Of a DNA stretch of 64,000 nt, positions 12,235 through 23,664 are shown piece by piece; position 1 is the stretch's first letter; the number at the start of each line of letters is the position of its first letter. Source of the stretch: Felis catus (lineage: Eukaryota); NCBI RefSeq assembly GCF_018350175.1, contig NC_058373.1, forward strand, positions 103,480,001-103,544,000. Direction: 5' to 3'. The notes under the pieces were generated by a model that did no database searches, was not told where the DNA came from, and saw only the letters and a program-made list of their open reading frames with translations. Both the position numbers and the translations under genes were made by a program.

Positions 12235-13090
12235 GAGAATGAAGAAGAGCCCCTGTATATACTGTTGGTGGGAGTGTGAAATGGTACAACTTTTTTTTAA
12301 AAGTGATTTTGGAATAGCTAGCCAAATTAAAAATGCAAAAAGTCCTATGACACAGCCATTCCATTTTAGGAGTAGATTCTGCACATATATTGGCATAAAG
12401 GGCTGTGTGTAAATATCGCACCCAGACCATGAATTCAACCTCAGTCCTTTTCAGTAGAGCCACAGGTGAAATAGACCGTGGCCACCGTAGGACACTGTGA
12501 AGTTGTTAAGAAGAATGAGGTAAACCCACACGTGAAGATTTGGGACAATCCATACAGCGTGTTAGCTGAAAAAAAAAAAAGTACACAATAAAAAAAGTTA
12601 CACAGTAGTGTGCACAGTGTGTTTCCGTTTATGTAAAAAATTGGCAGGGGCGCCTGGGTGGCTCGGTCGGTTAAGCGTCCGACTTCGGCTCAGGGCATGA
12701 TCTCACGGTCCGTCAGTTCGAGCCCCGCGTCGGACTCTGTGCTGACGGCTCAGAGCCTGGAGCCTGCTTCGGATTCTGTGTCTCCCTCTCTCTGACCCTC
12801 CCCTGTTCATGCTCTGTCTCTCTCTGTCTCAAAAATAAATAAACGTTAAAAAAAAAATTGGTATGTGTGTGTGCACAGAAAATTACCAGAAAGATATGCC
12901 AGAAATTATTAATAAGTGTATCAGGACTGCAGGTCTGGACTGCAAGAGAAGCTAACTTTTCATTCCTAAGCTAACTTTTCATTACTACTAAGCTTCTAAG
13001 CTACTACTAAAAGCTAACTTTTCATCACTAACATTTCATCTCACACTGCTTGAATTTTATTTTATCCTGCTCATGCATTTATTTTGCAAC
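12235..13090 (+). mobile_element. Old L1 (L1ME-like) ORF2 end/3' UTR fragment, interrupted by a SINE
   Basis: ACTGTTGGTGGGAGTGTGAAATGGTACAAC...TATGACACAGCCATTCCATTTTAGGA...TTAAGAAGAATGAGGTA. Confidence 0.65.
12647..12851 (+). mobile_element. Can-SINE (SINEC_Fc)
   Basis: Full-length, CpG-rich; TSD AAAAAATTGG(C/T)A. Confidence 0.96.
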
Positions 13091-13391
13091 TAGAGAAAAA
13101 CACTAGGAAACAAACCAAGGAGGCCCCTTTCAAGGGGAACCCCATTTCCAACACAAAAGCTGCTGCCACCCCATTAGCGGCTCTGGTTCTGTAATGGAGA
13201 GACCGTTTGCCCTCTGGCCAATCACGTTTTAAAGACCACCTTTGTTCACTGATGGAAAGAGACAGACATACAATTTAGAGCTCTCTTTTAAATCAGAAGG
13301 AAGGAATCAAGGAGACATGTTCCCTTGAAGCTCTTGTGATGTACCGTTAGCCTCTTTGCCCGCCCAGCCTGGCTCTCTGTGAGTAGTTCTC

Positions 13392-13427
<36 letters not shown>

Positions 13428-13769
13428 CTGTGGGCTCATGGGGATTAGCCAGGGCTAAGAAGGAGGCAGGACTCCGAGTGCACCGAAGATTTTGGAACGT
13501 CCTAAGCCTGGGAAAATGAAGTGGACCCTGGCTACTCCCAATAGGTAATTGCCCCCTTAGTCACCTGCACTTTCTTTTGATGATTTATTAATTTTGATGC
13601 TGAACCTTAGAGAAAGCATAAGAAAGTATGGAGCTGAATTTTTTTCACTACTGCTTTATTGTTTACTTTTTAGCGGCTTGTCATTAGTGATTCCATACTT
13701 AACGTCTTTATATTTTCTATTACGATAAATTCAAATGTGGGAAATTTTAAAAAGACCTCTCTTTTGTGT

Positions 13770-14430
13770 TGTTTATCACATTGGTAAGCCCTTAGAAGTT
13801 TGGAAGAACAAGTATTGGTGGAAGTGTCAGAGGAAAAGGCAGGCTGATTTATTTAATGGTGGTATAAACTGGCTCAATCCTTTCAGAAGACAGTTTGGCA
13901 GGGTCTGTTCAAATTAAGATATGCATAGTTTCTGACCCTGCAATTTCCCTTCTAGAAGTTTCTCTTGCAGAAACACTTGCAGGTGTGCACACAGATTATT
14001 ACAGGAGAATTGTATTCATTACTGTTTCTATTCAGGAGCACTGGAAACAACCCAAATGCATATCAATAGCAGATTAAACAATCATGCTAATTCCATACAA
14101 GGGGACTCTATGGTGTTAAGAAAAGAGAGAAGCCGTTCTCCATGTATTGATGTCGAAAGATGTCCACTACTGAGAGCCAAGTTTAAAAAGAAAAAGGCAA
14201 AGTAAAAACAGCACTACGTACGTTCTCATTTCAATTTATATGTACTATAAAGATCCATAATAGCATGCACTGAAAAAAAGTATCTGGATGAATATAAACC
14301 AAGCAGTGTTTATCTCTGAGGTTATAGGGACTTTCACTGTTTTATGGCATGCACTTTGTAATTTTTATTACAGCCATGTGTTACTTTTATTATCAGAAAT
14401 AACAACAATGATTCTTAAAATAAGAAAAAA
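13770..14430 (+). mobile_element. Old L1 (L1ME-like) ORF2 end/3' UTR fragment
   Basis: TGACCCTGCAATTTCCCTTCTAG and CTGGAAACAACCCAAATGC (DPAI.LL and WKQPKC motifs of the L1 ORF2 C-terminus). Confidence 0.75.
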
Positions 14431-15974
14431 AATCTTGATCAGAAGAAAGTACTGCACACTCATTCTTAAAAACAACTGACACCAGAGATCTTGTGATGTT
14501 ATTCTTGAAAATCAAGGGATTCTACTGAACAGGTTTGCACACCAGTGACTGGATTTGGGAAAGTTGTTTTTGGTTTTTTTGGTTGTTTTTTTTGTTTGGT
14601 TTTTGGTTTTTTTTTTTGCTTATGTAGTGCAATGCTGCTGCCCATGATTAAAACATATTTTTTTCCATGGGTTGGAGAAGTAGTAGCCTAATAGCTTATT
14701 TCCTAAGGTTTCCACTAGAAAAGCCCACAAGTTGTTTTAAGATGCTTACATGAACACAAATTAGAAAGTGACAAGCCTTTCTTTATTATACATTAGTGAG
14801 AAGGAGGAAGAGGGGCGTGAGGGAGAAGGAGGAAAAAGGGGGCGCAGAAAAGCAATTGGATGCTCTATTCAGGAAATGGTATTCCTTTTTACCTCCATCA
14901 GTGGAGATGCATTCTGCAAGCTTCTAGCTAGAAGAAGGTGCTTGTAGTTTTTTTCAGACCCTCTCTTTTCTATTTAACTCTTCAGGCACCAAGTTTTCAT
15001 GAATTTGCACACTTTCTAAAACTTTGGGATGCCAGTGGAGACTATTCTTTTCTTATAGAATGGTTTATGGTGCCCTCTTTTGGATTTCCATTTAAATTCC
15101 CAGGCTGGAGCATGACCCCTGCCGCTCTGAGATGAACCGAAGAAATGTGACCAGAACTGGGTTTCCACACAGCTGGTTGCCTGTTTGGTTTGGTTTGGTA
15201 TATGAGGAGTAGGGATTCCAATTCCCACTCATGTCTGGCTAGTCCTGGGTCCTGAAAGGGACCAAGCTGGTGATCCCTTCCAGCTTTCCCATGTATAGGG
15301 AGGAATTGTAGGCTGGGGATGAAAAGGTTGTCTCTGCGGCCGAGAACAGCCAGCAAAACTCCGCTCTCCTGTTATTCCAGTTAGCTACCTGACTTCCGCT
15401 CTTCCCGTGGCTTTATAATGAAAATTGTTCAAATGAAGATTTATGACTTTATTTTGGTGGGATGTCTCAGGCGTTTGGTTTGAGGGATGAAATGCATACT
15501 TAGCTTTCCACTCATGCATAGCCTAGCTAGTCTTTTCATTACTGCATTTGGCTCAGTCTTTGCCCATCAAGCTCTGGCCTCCTTCCTAGGATAAGTCATG
15601 GCTTTGACTCCAGAGGCTGCCTGAGCCTCCTGCCCCTCTGATGCTGCTTCCCTGGGCTGCCAGCGTTGGCCTGGATCACAGGGCCATTGTGTCAATGTCC
15701 TTCAGTCTTCAACCTAGGAGATGAAATTTGAACTGCTCTTGGGGGCAGGATGTCAGCTTCCTGGAAAAACAACAGACTCTGTCGCCTGGAACTGAGTGGC
15801 AACATCCAAGCTGTGAGGTGAGAGCTGAAGCAGCCTGGGTGGTAGAGGTCAGGAGCTTAAGGCCTTGGGGTCTACACCCGCACAGGCGGCAAGCTGGAAG
15901 GCTCCATACTCTGGGTCCCTTTCTGGCCATTCATTTATGAATGTCATCAATTCAAAGAGTAGGGAAGACAGTCA

Positions 15975-16490
15975 CAATGCAATGACACTGGAAATGCCCT
16001 GAAATTGTCAGCCCATTATGAAAAATGTATATACTAGAGATTTTCTCAAATTGGACAATATCCTAAGATTCACATGGTATTTCCAACAATGAGTCATAAA
16101 ACTAAAATAAAGTACTAAACCATTAATATTAAAAACACATTTTTAATCAACCATGGTAGAGGAAAGAATGAATTCACTTTCTGGACTCTTTAGCAAATGA
16201 TATTGCAACATTGTTGATATACGAAAAGGCAATCAAAGAGCATGCAGCTGAAATGGGGGTAGGGAAAGGACTAGAGAGGAATATCAGACTGTTAATGAAT
16301 ATGTGATGTTGTTTTTCTGCATGTTGTAATGTTTGTGGTATTTGTCACCCCTTTAGATTTTTAATTCATTTTGATTTCTTTTCTTTACTCTAAATAAATA
16401 TGCAGTTTGGTGCCCAAATTCATACTCTTTTACTTAAAGAGGGGCCCTCCTCCAAACTGTGTAAACACCATTCCCCCACCAAGCCTGGGT
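15975..16490 (+). mobile_element. hAT DNA transposon relic (Zaphod/Tip100-like) with transposase C-terminal dimerisation region
   Basis: Decayed translation ILEIFSNWT...FPTMS...STMVEERMNSLSGL...NDIATLLIYEKAIKEHAAE resembles hAT FPNL...RSTM-EERLN-LS-L...I-EFA. Confidence 0.65.
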
Positions 16491-16649
16491 TAACTTTTGT
16501 ACGTCCTTCTTGCTCTGGTTCCCAGCTGTATGTGTGTGTCTGGTATTGGCCAGGCATCATCAACATTATCATTATCTCCTTTGCTTCTATTCTTTCAAAG
16601 AGCTGCCACATCTGTGATCCTGGATCTAGTGTAGAGACAATGGATGACT

Positions 16650-16805
16650 TCTAGCTTCTCCTAGTTACTTATACTATCTGTGCTTTAGTTTTCTCATCTT
16701 TAAAATGGGGATACTCCCAGTACATACTTTGTAGGATCGCTGTGAGGGTTCAGTGAATTCTTATAGGTAAGGTGCTGGCCAAAGCAAGCCCTGTATAAGA
16801 GGTTG
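16650..16805 (+). mobile_element. MIR
   Basis: CTGTGCTTTAGTTTTCTCATCTTTAAAATGGGGATA core. Confidence 0.65.
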
Positions 16806-16880
16806 CTTTTACTTTATTTTTCTTTGTCTTTCCATATACATTTCACAACATGCAATAGAACAAGACCTCAGACTTTATAC

Positions 16881-17073
16881 TTTTTTTTGAAGTTTATTTA
16901 TTTATTTTGAGAGAGAGTGAGTGGGAGAGGGGTAGAGAGAGAGAGGGTGAGAGAGAATCCCAAGCAGGCTCCGCACTGTCAGCACAGGGCTCACGGGGCT
17001 TGAATTTAAGAACTGTGAGATCATGACCTGAGCGGAAATTGGATGCTTAACCCACTGAGCCACCCAGGCACCG
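16881..17073 (-). mobile_element. Can-SINE
   Basis: Reverse body; CCTCAGACTTT repeated at 16866 and 17079. Confidence 0.92.
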
Positions 17074-18510
17074 CATTCCCTCAGACTTTTTTTACCCTCT
17101 TCTCCCTCTGCCCCTCAGTATAATTATATTGGGAATTTGGGGGATGAAAGGGAGGTTAGAAGTGTTAGGACTCATATGAAAGGTGACAAAATCTTCATCA
17201 TGTAGAAAGTCAACAGATAAAATAAAAATTCATAAACCCAGAAATTATAACGGAGGCACATTATCTAGAAATGCAGAGATAAATACCAGAAGAAATAGCT
17301 GAAAGATTTGAAACGTGTGGGCTCTGAGGAGACAAGGAAGGATGGAGCTGGAAATTGCTGTGTTTATCATGAGCGTTGACTTTCTTAACTGTGTGCATGT
17401 GCAACTTCAAGTTTTTCTAATTTTAAATATTTTTTAAATGTTACAAACACAAATATTTGGCCAAAAATACCCCTCCAAAGCATTCTCTTGGTTGGAAGAA
17501 ATGGTTGAGTTTTTTTTTTTTTTTCCCCGATGTGATAACGATGCTCTTGGTTACTCTTTGTAGTCATTTTAATAAGAAAAATTAATAAGCAGCAAATTGC
17601 AACAAAAAGGAAGAGGGTTTGTTTAGGTAAATTGTAAGTAAGCTTTCCCTTGTGGAAGCCTTTGCTTAATTGGGCTGCAGCTGGTGCTAATTTATTCTCT
17701 TCACTGTATCTCATTTTGGTCTTGAATGTGTATTTGCGTGTGTTTGTGTTTTAAGCTTTACATAATTTGAGGCTTTCATTTGATGGCATGAGTTTGGCTC
17801 CAACGGGAACTGCTCACGAGCAGCTTATCCTGAAGAAGAATTTACTTTTGGGGACAGTTGCTTTGCTGTACATCTGGGAGCTACTGATTGTAATTGGACT
17901 ACAGCTGGGAGGAACTAGGTTGGTGGTTCCTCCATGATCACAGTCGATCTTATTTTCCCATTATGTTGTTCTCTCGCTCCATTCCTTCCTGCATCTCGAT
18001 CCGGTATTGAAGGCCCTGCATGATGAGCGAGGAGCTGGGATGAAAGAAGCTCTGATTGTCTGGTTAATAAGCACCCTGTTTCACTGGGCATGGAAATCAA
18101 TGCTTGAGCCTCTGTCTAGAAAAGGCAGCATTCTGGGCACAGACTAGAGAGACAATTGGCATTTTTAGCTTGAAAAATGGAGAATACCATCTGGGCGTAT
18201 TTTTCGTGTGCCTACGAGTATTTCTGCTGGGTGTGCTGGACAGCGACTGCATGCCATTGTCCTCTAACAAGTGGCATCCATCGTGGTCCCATCTCTCCGC
18301 AGCTCACAAGAAGAGCAATGCACAGAACATACTGTTGTTGATTTTTTTTTTCTAGTCTAGGTACAACGAGCAGGTTTCATTTCAGTACTGAATTTCAAGT
18401 CAAATTTGCAGCCACAATTAGTCACATAGGGAAGATTTTTCCTGTTCTCTCTTCGCTGTTCATATTTTACAGAGCCAATACCTAGCTTTAAAAAAAAAAA
18501 AGTAATTACA

Positions 18511-18721
18511 GGGGCACCTGGGTGGCTCAGTGGGTTAAGCATCCCACCTTGGCTCAGGTCATGATCTCACAGTTCGTGGGTTCGAACCCCTGCGTCGGGC
18601 TCTGTGCTGACAGCTGGGAGCCTGGAACCTGCTTCGGATTCTGTGTCTCTCTCTCTGCCCCTCCCCACTCGTGCTCTGTCTCTCTCTCTCAAATAAATAA
18701 ATGTTAAAAAAAAATTTTTTT
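18511..18721 (+). mobile_element. Can-SINE
   Basis: Full-length; TSD AAAGTAAT. Confidence 0.95.
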
Positions 18722-18881
18722 AAAGTAATCAGTGACCCACTGCCAGCTGTTTTATAAGGCAAAAATGGGGATTTTGAGTTTGAGACATATTAAATCATAT
18801 TACAAGATACTACTAAATTATTCTGTCTATAAGAGACAAACGAAGTATTCAAAGTAACTTTGTTAAAAGCAAAGCAGTGTT

Positions 18882-19080
18882 GGGATGCCTGAGTAGCTTG
18901 GTCTGTTTAAGCCTGTGAGTTCAGCTCAGGTCATGATCTCGCGGTTTGTGGGTTTGAGCCCCGCGTTGGGCTCTGTGCTGATAGCTCAGAGCCTGGAGCC
19001 TGCTTCAGATTCTGTGTCTCCCTCTCTTTGCCCCTCCTCCACTCTGTCTCTCTTCCTCTCAAAAATAAACATTAAAAAAA
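18882..19080 (+). mobile_element. Can-SINE
   Basis: TSD AAAGCAGTGTT at 18871 and 19081. Confidence 0.95.
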
Positions 19081-19092
19081 AAAGCAGTGTTG

Positions 19093-19430
19093 AAACTTGA
19101 AAATGTTAGGCTCAATGAAATATGCCAGATACAAAAGAACAATTATTGTATTCTTCCACTTACATGAGGGACCTGGAATAGTAAATTCATGACAGAAAAT
19201 AGGATGGTTGTTGCTAGGGACTTTTGGAGGGAGGAATGAGGAGAGACTGTTCGATGGGTACAGCATTTCTGTTTGGGATGATGAAAACATTCCAGAAATG
19301 GATAGTGATGATGGTTGTACATCATGGTGAATGTACTTAATGCCACTGAATTATATACCTAAAAATGGTTAAGATGGTCGCTCTTATGTAGTGTATATTT
19401 TGCCACAATTTTTAAAAATGTAAAAAACAA
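19093..19430 (+). mobile_element. L1MB-like 3' UTR end
   Basis: TTCCACTTACATGAGG...GGGTACAGCATTTCTGTTTGGGATGATGAAAA...GTGAATGTACTTAATGCCACTGAATT...AAAAATGGTTAAGATGG. Confidence 0.85.
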
Positions 19431-20272
19431 AAGAAAAAGCAGTGTTTCCTGTATGATGCAAGCGCAATCCAAATTATATAAATAGACACGTGTGATTTTG
19501 AAACACTCAGAGATACTTCCCCGTCACCCTTTGGCTGTTTTTTTTCATGCTGTTTCTCAACAAGAATTAGCAAGGGAAATAAAGGGAAGATAAATTTAAC
19601 TTTATAAATACTGCTGATTATTGGCCTCATGCATGGTCCTCTTGCAACAGAGGCCTTATAACAGCCCAATCAATACTTATGTTTAGGGATTATCAGTAGA
19701 TTTCAAATTGTTCTCACTCTACTGACCTTCAGTGATTGTAGATAATATGTTTTGGACGTGCAGGAGCTCAACGTGGTCACTGCTGCTCTGCCCTGACTGC
19801 AACCGGCTTCCCAAACAGCTGCAGAAAGAATTTTCCCAATAGTTCAGCCAAAGGAGAGCGGTGGGAATTCTGTAGGATTAGGGCTGGAATTTGGAACTTT
19901 TGCACAGAGGCTGGGATGCGGCAGATGGACATTTAAGCTATTTGTTACACGAATGTTTCCAAAGCCCAGCTAACTCTTGCCTATGTTACCTTATCTCAGA
20001 ATAAGCTCCCTGCTGCAGTGCTAACAAGTCACCTTCCCCTATCACAGGGTGGTGTCCCCTGAGGTGGGCGGGAAGCACCTGTAGTCACTGCATTGAGCAC
20101 CACAAACCCGGCAAACTACAGAAGTCCCTCCCTGTTTCAGGACTGAACATTTGCTCTCTGGTGACCCACTGACTATGTCAAGATAAGCAGTCAGAAGATC
20201 AATGCGTTTTTATACTTTCTTCCCTTTAATATATTTAAATCATCCCTAGAAGAATCTGTCATTTCAACTCTT

Positions 20273-20513
20273 TGATTTTATTTTTTTATCTTATTTTTGA
20301 GAGAAAGAGAGAGAGAGCGCGCAAGCGGGGAAGGGGCAGAGAGAAAGGCAGACAGAGGATCCAAAGCAGGCTGCGCGTGCTGACAGCAGAGAGCCTGATG
20401 CAGGGCTCAAACTCTCTAACTGCGAGCCTGATGTGGGGCTCAAACTCACAACTGCGAGATCGTGATGTCAGCCAAAGTCCGATGCTTAACCGACTGAGCC
20501 ACCCAGGCGCCCC
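20273..20513 (-). mobile_element. Can-SINE with internal ~33-bp tandem duplication
   Basis: TSD TTTCAACTCTT; duplicated unit at 20391-20455. Confidence 0.94.
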
Positions 20514-21882
20514 TGTTTCAACTCTTCTTAAGATTTTGTACCTTTGGTTTAATATGTCAAAATTAATGGAGAGGAAATAAGTTACTCTATCTTTGTATCT
20601 TGAATGAAAACATAATTATGATGCCTCTAGCCCAGTGTCTGGTCATGCTACGTGTCTTATGGCAGAAACCATGGCCAGTGCTCTCCAGCTTTCTGCATGT
20701 GCATAAATGTTCTAGGGGAACATTGTTCTAGGGGGTAAGGTAAATGTACCTAAGCCATTCATAGAGTATTCTAAATGAGAGGGCATCCTGGGGAGTCAGG
20801 GAGGGCTTAAATGTTAGAACTGTGTGAAGTATATACACTGTTCTCTAAAATAATTGGCTTTATCACGGAAACCATTGTTGAGCAAAGACTTTTGAAGTGA
20901 GTGGTATACCTAGAGAAGGTGAGAAGAAGATACAGTTGATTTCTAATGTTAAGGACAAAACATATCCAAAACTTGAAAACAGGAAAAAGAATGACCCTTT
21001 CTGTGTCACACTGGGATGTGTCCAATGGGCCCAACTGACGATTACCTAATTCTCCAGAGATGTGCTCTGCCCTTTGACTATTTACTATTAATTTATATGT
21101 GTTAACTCATAGGAAACTTAAAGCAATGCAAATGATTCTAGTCTGGTAGCAATGCAAATGGATTTCTGCCCACAAGGAAATTATATCTGCCTGGTAAAAA
21201 CAGATTACAACCAAAGGTCGAAGTTTTATTGCCCTGTATAACATTAACCAAATTTGTGTGTAACTTACTCACTTATTCCAATGTGGTTTCTTTCAGTGAC
21301 TACAAATACATTTAATTCTCCTATATTCCTTTGAACCCGTTTTGGTCCTTTGTTAATGAGAAAAGAAAATCTTTAGTGTGTGCTCATTTTATTTCATAAA
21401 ATGGTCATGTTTTTGACCTTGTGAAAACTATACTTTGACATTGATCTGCTTCCCAAAGTGTAAGAAGGCAAGTAACTAACTAATGGTCAGCTGATAGTGC
21501 TGGTTAGAAGCCCCAGTTTTCAGTAAACATCAGAGACCAAAAAGTGAGTTTCCATGAAACATCAACGTTGCTTGTTTTTCAAGATGTCCAAAGTCCAGGT
21601 GGGTTTAAAATTGCCAACAATTTGCCCAAGTATTGAATTGAGACATTCTAAATTCACTTTCAGAGGGAAAGATGGTTGTGCGGGCAGGAGAGGGGAGATG
21701 CATGGGAAAACACAGTGCAAAGACCCTTCTGTCCAGAATTACTTTACTAAATTACCCAGAATGTGAGGGCCAGTTTGCTAAGACTTACTAACGCAAACCC
21801 AAAAAGGTGTGAGCTCTGCTGTATACTCTCAAAAACTGTAGCCTGGTCAACGTAGCTTTGAATATAATGGAAAGGAACTTTT

Positions 21883-22112
21883 TTTTTTTTTTTTAAATTT
21901 TTTTTTTTTCAACGTTTATTTATTTTTGGGACAGAGAGAGACAGAGCATGAACGGGGGAGGGGCAGAGAGAGAGGGAGACACAGAATGGGAAACAGGCTC
22001 CAGGCTCCGAGCCATCAGCCCAGAGCCTGACGCGGGGCTCGAACTCCCGGACCGCGAGATCGTGACCTGGCTGAAGTCGGACGCTTAACCGACTGCGCCA
22101 CCCAGGCGCCCC
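21883..22112 (-). mobile_element. Young Can-SINE (SINEC_Fc)
   Basis: Most CpGs intact; perfect TSD GGAAAGGAACTTTT at 21869 and 22113. Confidence 0.97.
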
Positions 22113-22805
22113 GGAAAGGAACTTTTAATATTTAAAGCAGGAAGAACAGTCAAAACTCCTTCTGTCTTAGAGGCTCATGATGAGATGCATCATTGAATGG
22201 TTTTCTGGTTGTGAAAGGCAAAGCTCCCGGGGCCTGAACCAGAGGAGAAGATTAAAATGAAGAGAGAGAAGTTGGTCTGTATAATAAAGTACAAGAGTTT
22301 CCTTGTAGCTTCTCTAGAGGGAGAAAGTGTGTGGCCCCTGAGGGACCTTGGGGAAGTTAGAGGAAGAGAGGTCAGATTCCATGAGAGAACAGGTCCTGAT
22401 ACCGCAAAGGCAGAACCTTCCAAAAAGAGAACATCTTGAAGAAAAATTGTGTCCCGTATTTGACTTACAATTTTTTCCAGCTATTCTAGAATGGCCCTCA
22501 GTCCCCTCAGGCTTTCAGTAGAAATCTGTTACCTTCAGCAATGGTCTTGTGTAAGGAGCATTTGGGGGACTGAAGGAGGTGGGGCTGAGCTGATATGTGA
22601 GAAGTAATGAGAAGAAAGGACCACAGCCACAGAAGCAGAGATGGCCAGGAGGAGGGATTCAGCCTGAGAGGTAAAAGGAAAAAGTCACCCCTCTCCTCCT
22701 CTCTACCCAGCTCCCAAGAAACTTTAGAAATGGGGGAAGCATGCTGGATTCCCTACATTTATTTGAAAAAGAGGCTCAATACATTTTTCTGACACAAGAG
22801 GGGAT

Positions 22806-23033
22806 GGGGCTTCTGGGTGGCTCAGTTGGTTTAGCGTCCAACTTTGGCTCAGGGCATGATCCCACAGTTTGTGAGTTTGAGTCCCCATGTCAGGCTCTGT
22901 GCTGACAGCTCAAAACCTGGAGACTGCTTCGGATTCTGTGTCTCCCTCTCTCTCTGTCCTTCCCCTGCTCACACTGTCTCTCTCTGTGTCTCAAAAAAGA
23001 ATGAGTAAATGTTAAAAAAAAATTTTTTTTTTA
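22806..23033 (+). mobile_element. Can-SINE
   Basis: TSD AAGAGGG(G/A)ATG. Confidence 0.94.
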
Positions 23034-23249
23034 AAGAGGGAATGATCCCAGAATCCTAGAGAATTTGAGAATCCTGGTTATATAAATATACCTTAAAAGT
23101 CTGGAGTGAAATGTGCCATGAAAGTGGATCAAAGTCATCAAAACTTACCCCATTACTGTCTTGGTAATTTGCAAGTCTAGCATATTCTTGCTAGTTGAGA
23201 GCAGGGGAGGAGCAGGTTTTGGGGAACTGGCTCTTTAAGAAATAGATGG

Positions 23250-23459
23250 CCCATGGGGGAGGGGAAGAAAAAAAAAAGAGGTTAGAGTGGGAGAGAGCCA
23301 AAGCATAAGAGACTCTTCAAAACTGAGAACAAACTGAGGGTTGATGGGGGGTGGGAGGGAGGGGAGGGGGGTGATGGGTATGGAGGAGGGCACCTTTTGG
23401 GATGAGCACTGGGCGTTGTATGGAAACCAATTTGACAATAAACTTCATATATTGGAAAA
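23250..23459 (+). mobile_element. 5'-truncated felid-type L1 (3' UTR end)
   Basis: AACTGAGAACAAACTGAGGGTTGATGGGG...GGGATGAGCACTGGGCGTTGTATGGAAACCAATTTGACAATAAA; TSD AAGAAATAGA(T/C)GG at 23237 and 23460. Confidence 0.9.
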
Positions 23460-23470
23460 AAGAAATAGAC

Positions 23471-23664
23471 GGGTGCCCGAGTGGCTCAGTCAGTTAAGCA
23501 TCCGACTCTTGATATCAGATCAGGTCATGATCTCACAGGTTCGTGGGTTTGAGCCCCATGTCTGGCTCTGTGCTGACAGTGTGGAGCCTGCTTGGGATTT
23601 TCTTTCTCTCTCTGCCCCTCCCCTCCTCTCTCTCAAAAATAAATAAAATAAACATTTTTTTTTT
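23471..23664 (+). mobile_element. Older Can-SINE
   Basis: GGGTGCCCGAGTGGCTCAG head with GACTCTTGAT variant, CT tract, AATAAA tail. Confidence 0.92.

Noticed and set aside
12647..12730. tRNA-like A/B boxes in SINE heads
   Set aside because: These are tRNA-derived SINE promoters, not tRNA genes
13393..13425. Pure T33 run (also T36 at 50125-50160) as orphan retro-insertions
   Set aside because: No TSD or attached element visible; simple homopolymer expansion or assembly length error is enough
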